Assembly (NCBI GenBank): GCA_951406725.2
Contig: OX597815.1
Span: forward strand, 167,214,001 to 167,278,000
Origin: Octopus vulgaris
Lineage: Eukaryota
Reading direction: 5' to 3'
Length of the DNA stretch: 64,000 nucleotides
Below are positions 57,696 through 64,000 of the stretch, piece by piece; positions within the stretch are counted from its first letter, which is position 1, and each line of letters opens with the position of its first letter. Position numbers and translations under genes: made by a program. The notes beneath the pieces are model-generated. The model searched no databases, was not told where the DNA came from, and was given only the letters and a program-made list of their open reading frames with translations.

Positions 57696-58494
57696 GCACT
57701 CACACACAAAGTGTGTTCTGTGTGTGCGTAAATCATGTACAATGTGTACTGAGCGTTCATTTTGCTGCTTAATATTTAAAAAGTAGCATATAATTTTCGT
57801 GTAATACTTGTATATGAATATACTTTGGTTTGTTGATAGATATATTTCGTTTGCACTTAAAGAGTATGTTTATTAACATATTTCGTCTGAATAATATACG
57901 TTTTATTCGCTGAAAAATGAAACCAAAACAAAATGAAAATGCAGCTGTTGTAAATCTAATCAAAATTAGTTTGTTATTTAAAAGAAAAGAATTTTAATTT
58001 TAAAAAATTGCAGACTCAGAATTACTGATGTTGAAAGTGATTTTTAAAAGCTATTATAAAAATGTTAGGGTATGTATTAGAAAAATTTTATTGAAAACTT
58101 ACTGCTGGTTGTACTACAGCAGACTATCTTTCAGTTTAAGATTTAAAGAAAACGCTCGCAGTGAATTGAAATTAATTATTTAGTTGAAAAGAAACTTGAA
58201 AACCACATCTTGATAAAAAAATAAAATTGGAAAATTAAAAAGCTTACGAAACAATGGAGACGTCTATAATTGTTTTCTTTTAGTAAAATTACATAATTTC
58301 AACTAATTAAAACGCACCTCTTTCAGTTATTGTATAGAAGCTTAAAAGCTGCACTCACCACGAATTTTAAAGTTTGATTCTGTGAATGGTATTTGGGCTT
58401 TCGACCTATGTAACTAAATCTTTAGAATAATAATAAACTAATTTTAAAGAGTAAGCAATTTCTTGGGGCAAAATATAAAAGGTATAAAACATTA

Positions 58495-58725
58495 AGGCGG
58501 CGAGATGGCAGAATCGTTAGCACGCCGGGCGAAATGCTTAGTGGTATTTCTTCTGTCGCTACGTTCTGAGTTCAAATTCCGCCGAGGTCGACTTTGCCTT
58601 TCATCCTTTCGGGGTCGATTAAATAAGTACCAGTTACGCACTAGGGTCGATATAATCGACTTAATCCGTTTGTCTGTCCTTGTTTGTCCTCTCTGTGTTT
58701 AGCCCCTTGTGGGTAGTCAAGAAAT
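58495..58725 (+). mobile_element. SINE family A, intact, with 15-bp target-site duplication
   Basis: aggtataaaacatta at 58480-58494 and 58726-58740; tRNA-like head; core gcctttcatcctttcggggtcgat..aagtaccag resembles the Meta/MESC SINE domain. Confidence 0.93.
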
Positions 58726-60314
58726 AGGTATAAAACATTACTGTCACAATAAATTTGAGATCATTATAAGGCAGCAGAGTAAACATTCTTGTTTATTATC
58801 AATATAAATATTTCAGTAAATCCTTTTACATTCTTAATTTTTAATTCCTAATTCTTGATGCTTAATTTTTAACTTTCATTTTTTAATTCTTACTTTTCAA
58901 TGTTTAATTTTCAATTCTCGATTTCCAATTTTATTTATTAAAAATTTCTTTACCCATGTTAAATGTCTGTGACCACAATTCGTTAAAATCCAGTTCTCCT
59001 TCCACTGTTAAATGTGTGTGCTTCAGTTAACAGAATGGAGCCTTTCATCGTGATATAGGTGGGCACTGCTTTGCGTTTGGATGCAGTTGCATTTCTATTT
59101 CAATAATATTTCGATGTGTGGCTTCGTTTAAAAATCTATATGTGAGGTGGAGGACAAATATTTGAGGGGTGGGCAAATATTTGAAAAGTGGACAATATTT
59201 AAGGAGTCCACAAATCGGGGAAGGAGGTGACCCCCTAAATTGCTAGCAATGAATAACGTTGCTATGTAGTTGAAGTCCTATATCTAAAATACTGTGACGA
59301 GGAAACTGTTTTTCTACTATTTTAAAAGAAAATAATTCCTGAAGTTCAAATAGTTAATAAGAAATTTGGAGTAAAATCAAAATCCTCCCGCTTCATTCAG
59401 TGCCCTAGATAGACTGTATGCTGCCTGGAGCAGCCCTTTAATTTGCTGCACCTCTGGGTACCCGGAGGCTTATATAAGTTTATATAGCAGACCCGAAAGT
59501 GTCATCTCCATGTAAGAGTTGCCTGTGGTGAACTGCCGCCTTCCTCAACCTAGGCTGCTGGGAAAATGTAATTCTAAATACTAAAAAAAAAAAAAAACCG
59601 AAAGTTTTCTACCAGAAATCTTTTTTAAAAAATTCTTCCTTCTAGTTGTTGATACACTAATATCTTCAATAACCGGTCTACATAAGTTTAGAATCAAATT
59701 CATCCGTATTAATCACTATCCGTCATTTTTATCTAGTGCTTCTCAACTATTTTTTTTTTTTACTTTTCACCCTCTTTTATTGCTACAATTTTTAATGCCA
59801 TTTTGGGATCGATTTTAAAAGTCCCAGTTGAGCACTGGGTTCGATGTAATTAACCTACTCTCCCCGCCTAAAACTACTGGTCTTATGCCAAAATTTGAAA
59901 CCAATATTATAAGCATATATTCAGATTTTCTAATTTGCTTATTCACTTTTCAAAGTCTGTTATTATTGTTGATTTTGTTATTAAAATTGTTGTGATTTAA
60001 GGAAAAAAAGTTTATCATATCGTGTTTAACTTAAAAAAAAAAACAAAGTTGTTTAAATGGGAGAACAAGATTAAAACACCATACAGATGTATCTAACAAC
60101 CCAAACTTTCTCTTTCAACACAGTACTCATTATAAAAATTTCCGAAATCCGTTCACAAGGTCTTGGTAGGTCCTGTGTCATAGTAGTTAGAAACTTGCCC
60201 AAGGTACCGCGCAGTGGGATTAAAGCAAAGGTCACATTATTGAGAAGCAAACTTCATAACATGCAGTGACAACGTTTCCGCAATGAAAAAGTATTCTATT
60301 TCTGCGTCACTTGT

Positions 60315-60387
60315 TTCATTAAGCAATTAAGAAGAACGTTCTTCATTATATACATACATACATACACACACACACACACGCACACAG

Positions 60388-60462
<75 letters not shown>

Positions 60463-60481
60463 TATATACATATATATATGC

Positions 60482-60512
<31 letters not shown>

Positions 60513-60524
60513 CATATATATATA

Positions 60525-60614
<90 letters not shown>

Positions 60615-60640
60615 TATATGCATATATATATATATACATA

Positions 60641-60681
<41 letters not shown>

Positions 60682-60716
60682 ATAATGAAGAACGTTCTTC
60701 TTAATTGCTTAATGAA
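60315..60716. repeat. Inverted duplication of a 34-bp unique flank around a compound (CA)/(TA)/(TG) array
   Basis: ttcattaagcaattaagaagaacgttcttcatta ... taatgaagaacgttcttcttaattgcttaatgaa. Confidence 0.9.
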
Positions 60717-60789
60717 TTAAAAAAAATAAACAGAAGACTACGCATGGATATGTTAGTAGAAAGGTCCGTGATGATAGTAACATCGATCA

Positions 60790-61840
60790 TCAAAGCAGTT
60801 TATCAGGAGCTAGTAACCGGATTACTACCTTCCACTTTGAAGAGTATATGCTTGCAATCCAGAAACAGGAAATATCAACCGAGTACCTGATGCACAAAAG
60901 GGACAGAGATGCAGGAAAATCCGTAAAATGTGACACACGAGGCAGACTTTGTGGAGTTCACAATGAAGATATTACCCACATCATAAGCAGTTGTTCGAAA
61001 ATGTCATCACGGTACAATCTACCGATGAGACATGACGTTGTAGCTAGGACACTCTATAATGAAATCCTTCGGAAGGATAATCCTGAGGAGAAAGAAAATA
61101 AGAACCCACAATATGGTAGAAGCCATAGCCACTCACAATAAAAAGGAATACTGGTGAAATGTACCAGTGAAGACATCAAGGAAATATAGGCACAACAAAC
61201 GTGATATAATGATTTGGGATAGAGAAGAGAAACTGTCCACGGTTGTGGAAATTAGCTGCCCAGCGGATGTTAATTTAAAGCTGAAGATCAGTAAAAAAAA
61301 GATCATCTATACTGAACTATTGAGAAACCTGCAGTTACTCTATCTAGATTACAAGTTCAGGTTTATAGCTGTAACTATTGGCACGCTAGGATATGTAACA
61401 CACTACTTAAATACCAATCTTGAGAAATTAGGCTTCTCAAAACGAGAAAGGAGAACGTTAATTCGAAGACTACAGATCCAATCCATCACAGGAACTGTAA
61501 AAATCTGTAAAACTTTCCGAAAAGTCTATCATTTGAATATATATGGGCATGTTTAGTTATATGCAACTATATTAATGAGAATGCATAAATAACACATACA
61601 TACATACATACATACATACACACACATACATACATACATACATACATACATACATACATACATACATACATGCATTCATGCATACATACATACATACATA
61701 CATACATACATACATACATACATACATACATACATACATACCCTGTTGTTGACGTTGAAATTCCCATGAAGGAGCATTAGTTCTAGGTTAGAAACCGTTT
61801 CTTTCTCTATTGACAAGAAATCTTGAAATTAACTGAATAT
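60790..61840 (+). mobile_element. R4/Dong-type non-LTR retrotransposon 3' part (CCHC knuckle + REL endonuclease), decayed
   Basis: AIQKQEIST, RLCGVHNEDITHIISSC, RHDVVA, HNKRDIMIWD..VVEISCPAD, IAVTIGTLG; frameshifts; 3' UTR split by (CATA)n. Confidence 0.88.
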
Positions 61841-63117
61841 ATACATACATGCATACACATACATATTGCAACCACACCGTTTGCACACTGCAATGGACAT
61901 TTCTTAACAACACTTCATCTTCAACCAACTGGCCCACAATTGCACCGATACTCGACACAGCTCCGCGTTTTTCATAATTTTACACTTTTGAAATTCATTC
62001 GATTAAGTGTATTCATATAAAGATTTAAATGAATCTTCATACACACTGTGCATTTTCAACTTCATTTATGATTAGTATATACATGCACACATATATATAT
62101 ATATACATATATATATATACAGCAATGATCCAATATTTACTGGATATAACAGCCGATAATATACGACGCTATAGTAAAGTACTATTTAATTATATATATA
62201 CATATACACACACATATGTATATATATATGTGTGTGTGCATGTACACTCACTTACACACACATATATACGTATGCATATATATGCGTGTGTGCATACATA
62301 CACGCATACCATATATACTTGTGGGTGTGTTTATATGAGGATATGATGTAGTCGGATATCTTATTTTGCATTTATCATTATACTAACTAACTAACTAATT
62401 AATAAACTAACTCACTAACTAACTGGCTGACTAACTGACTTGCCTACACACTATCCAATCAGTAGGTGGGTAGGTAAATAAACTGTTAGTTTCGGTCTAG
62501 CTGTCATATCAGATATGTATTTTCACCCCACAAATAATCTACTATATTCGCCAACACTTCCAATCTATTTTTATATATGTTTTAACTGAAAAAAAATTTT
62601 ATACGGTGTTGATGTTGAAGTTGGTGTTAGTGTTACTGATGTGATTTGTGGTTGTGGGGTGGGGCGAGGTGTATATATTTGTGTGTTTGCAGGAAGGAAT
62701 CAACACTATTTTTTGCATTTTTTTTTTTTTGCTTCATTTTTGCGATTTTTATTTTTATTTGTTTGCGATCTTTAATGTCAGTAACTTTCCATAAAGGAAC
62801 AGTTATTGCTCTGGGATGGTTTAATCAAAACATTAAGCGACACAACATCAATTAGTGATAGCGACTGACGACCGTCGGGTGCCGGGTGTAGGGCGTGGGT
62901 GGAGTGTAGGTGAAGAGAGAAACGAGAAAATGAAGAGGGGAAGGACGAGAGAGTGAGAAAAAAAAAGAATGAAGTTAAAATAAAAAAAGAATATCTATGC
63001 CTGGGTAGCTTAAAATGGCTGTAATCGGTTGGGGGACGGTGGAGGATGTTGACGTTGGACGGAGGAACAAATGAAGGAATATAAAATATAAGGGGTGAGC
63101 AGGAAGAAAGTGACAAG

Positions 63118-63148
<31 letters not shown>

Positions 63149-63481
63149 CATGGAAGGAATTGAACTGAAGAATCGTGACACAGCCCCCATGAACGCGTCA
63201 GCTTCAGAATGCTTCTTCATCATTGCTCCATACATAAATACATACATACATACATACATACATACATACATACATACATACATACATACATACATACATA
63301 CATACATACTAACAGGTATATATACAAGCACATCATGCAATACACGCATACGTAGTAATATATGTATTATGTATACAGACATACATACATACAGACAGAC
63401 AGACAGATAAATAGATAGCTAGATAGATAGATATATAGATAGATAGGGATGGATACAGATAGGTATCTATCTATCTATCTA

Positions 63482-63537
<56 letters not shown>

Positions 63538-63770
63538 TAGATGTTGATAGGGACATAAATATAAACGAATGTTATCGAGAACATCTTGTTCACACACACG
63601 TTTGAACAATCGCACATAAACTCACGCATATTAATAGATTTGCACACGCTGTCATTCATCTCTGTATTTATTTATGTGTCTTCTCGAGTATGGAGTGCGT
63701 GCACGCATACACGTACATTAATAGACATAAAAGATTTATATGCATATACATATAATAGAAGTATATATAC

Positions 63771-63803
<33 letters not shown>

Positions 63804-63950
63804 TGTGTGTATGTGTATGTGTGTGTGTGTATACATATTTAGAATGCATATACATATAATAAAAGCATATATATATATATATATACATACATACATACAT
63901 AATACATATTTAGAATCCACACACATATAAAATCATACACGTATACATTC

Positions 63951-63981
<31 letters not shown>

Positions 63982-64000
63982 AGTGTGTGTGTACAGGTAT

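Overview
This is AT-rich, microsatellite-saturated animal DNA with no recognisable host protein-coding exon. Nearly all ORFs in the supplied track are translations of (TA)n, (TG)n or (TATG)n repeats or of SINEs. The repeat content resembles an octopus (coleoid cephalopod) genome; this is inferred from recalled SINE families, not from a search. The window holds dozens of tRNA-headed SINEs from at least four modular families, a 5'-truncated CR1-group LINE RT (38158-39246), a decayed Penelope-like RT+GIY-YIG element (54071-55817), R4/Dong-type REL-endonuclease LINE remnants, mariner/maT relics, MITEs and Helitron-like elements. The main unexplained structure is a set of mutually unrelated non-coding elements that each carry a type I hammerhead ribozyme (HHR) fold, read by eye at 3190, 4441, 10671, 17693, 36845, 37468/37971 and 56505, plus decayed copies. 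Four of them sit inside 0.4-0.6 kb units with terminal direct repeats, and three HHR-family elements form fold-back inversions. This architecture suggests retrozyme-like or Penelope pseudo-LTR (pLTR) RNAs, possibly circular, mobilised by Penelope RT into (TA)n tracts.
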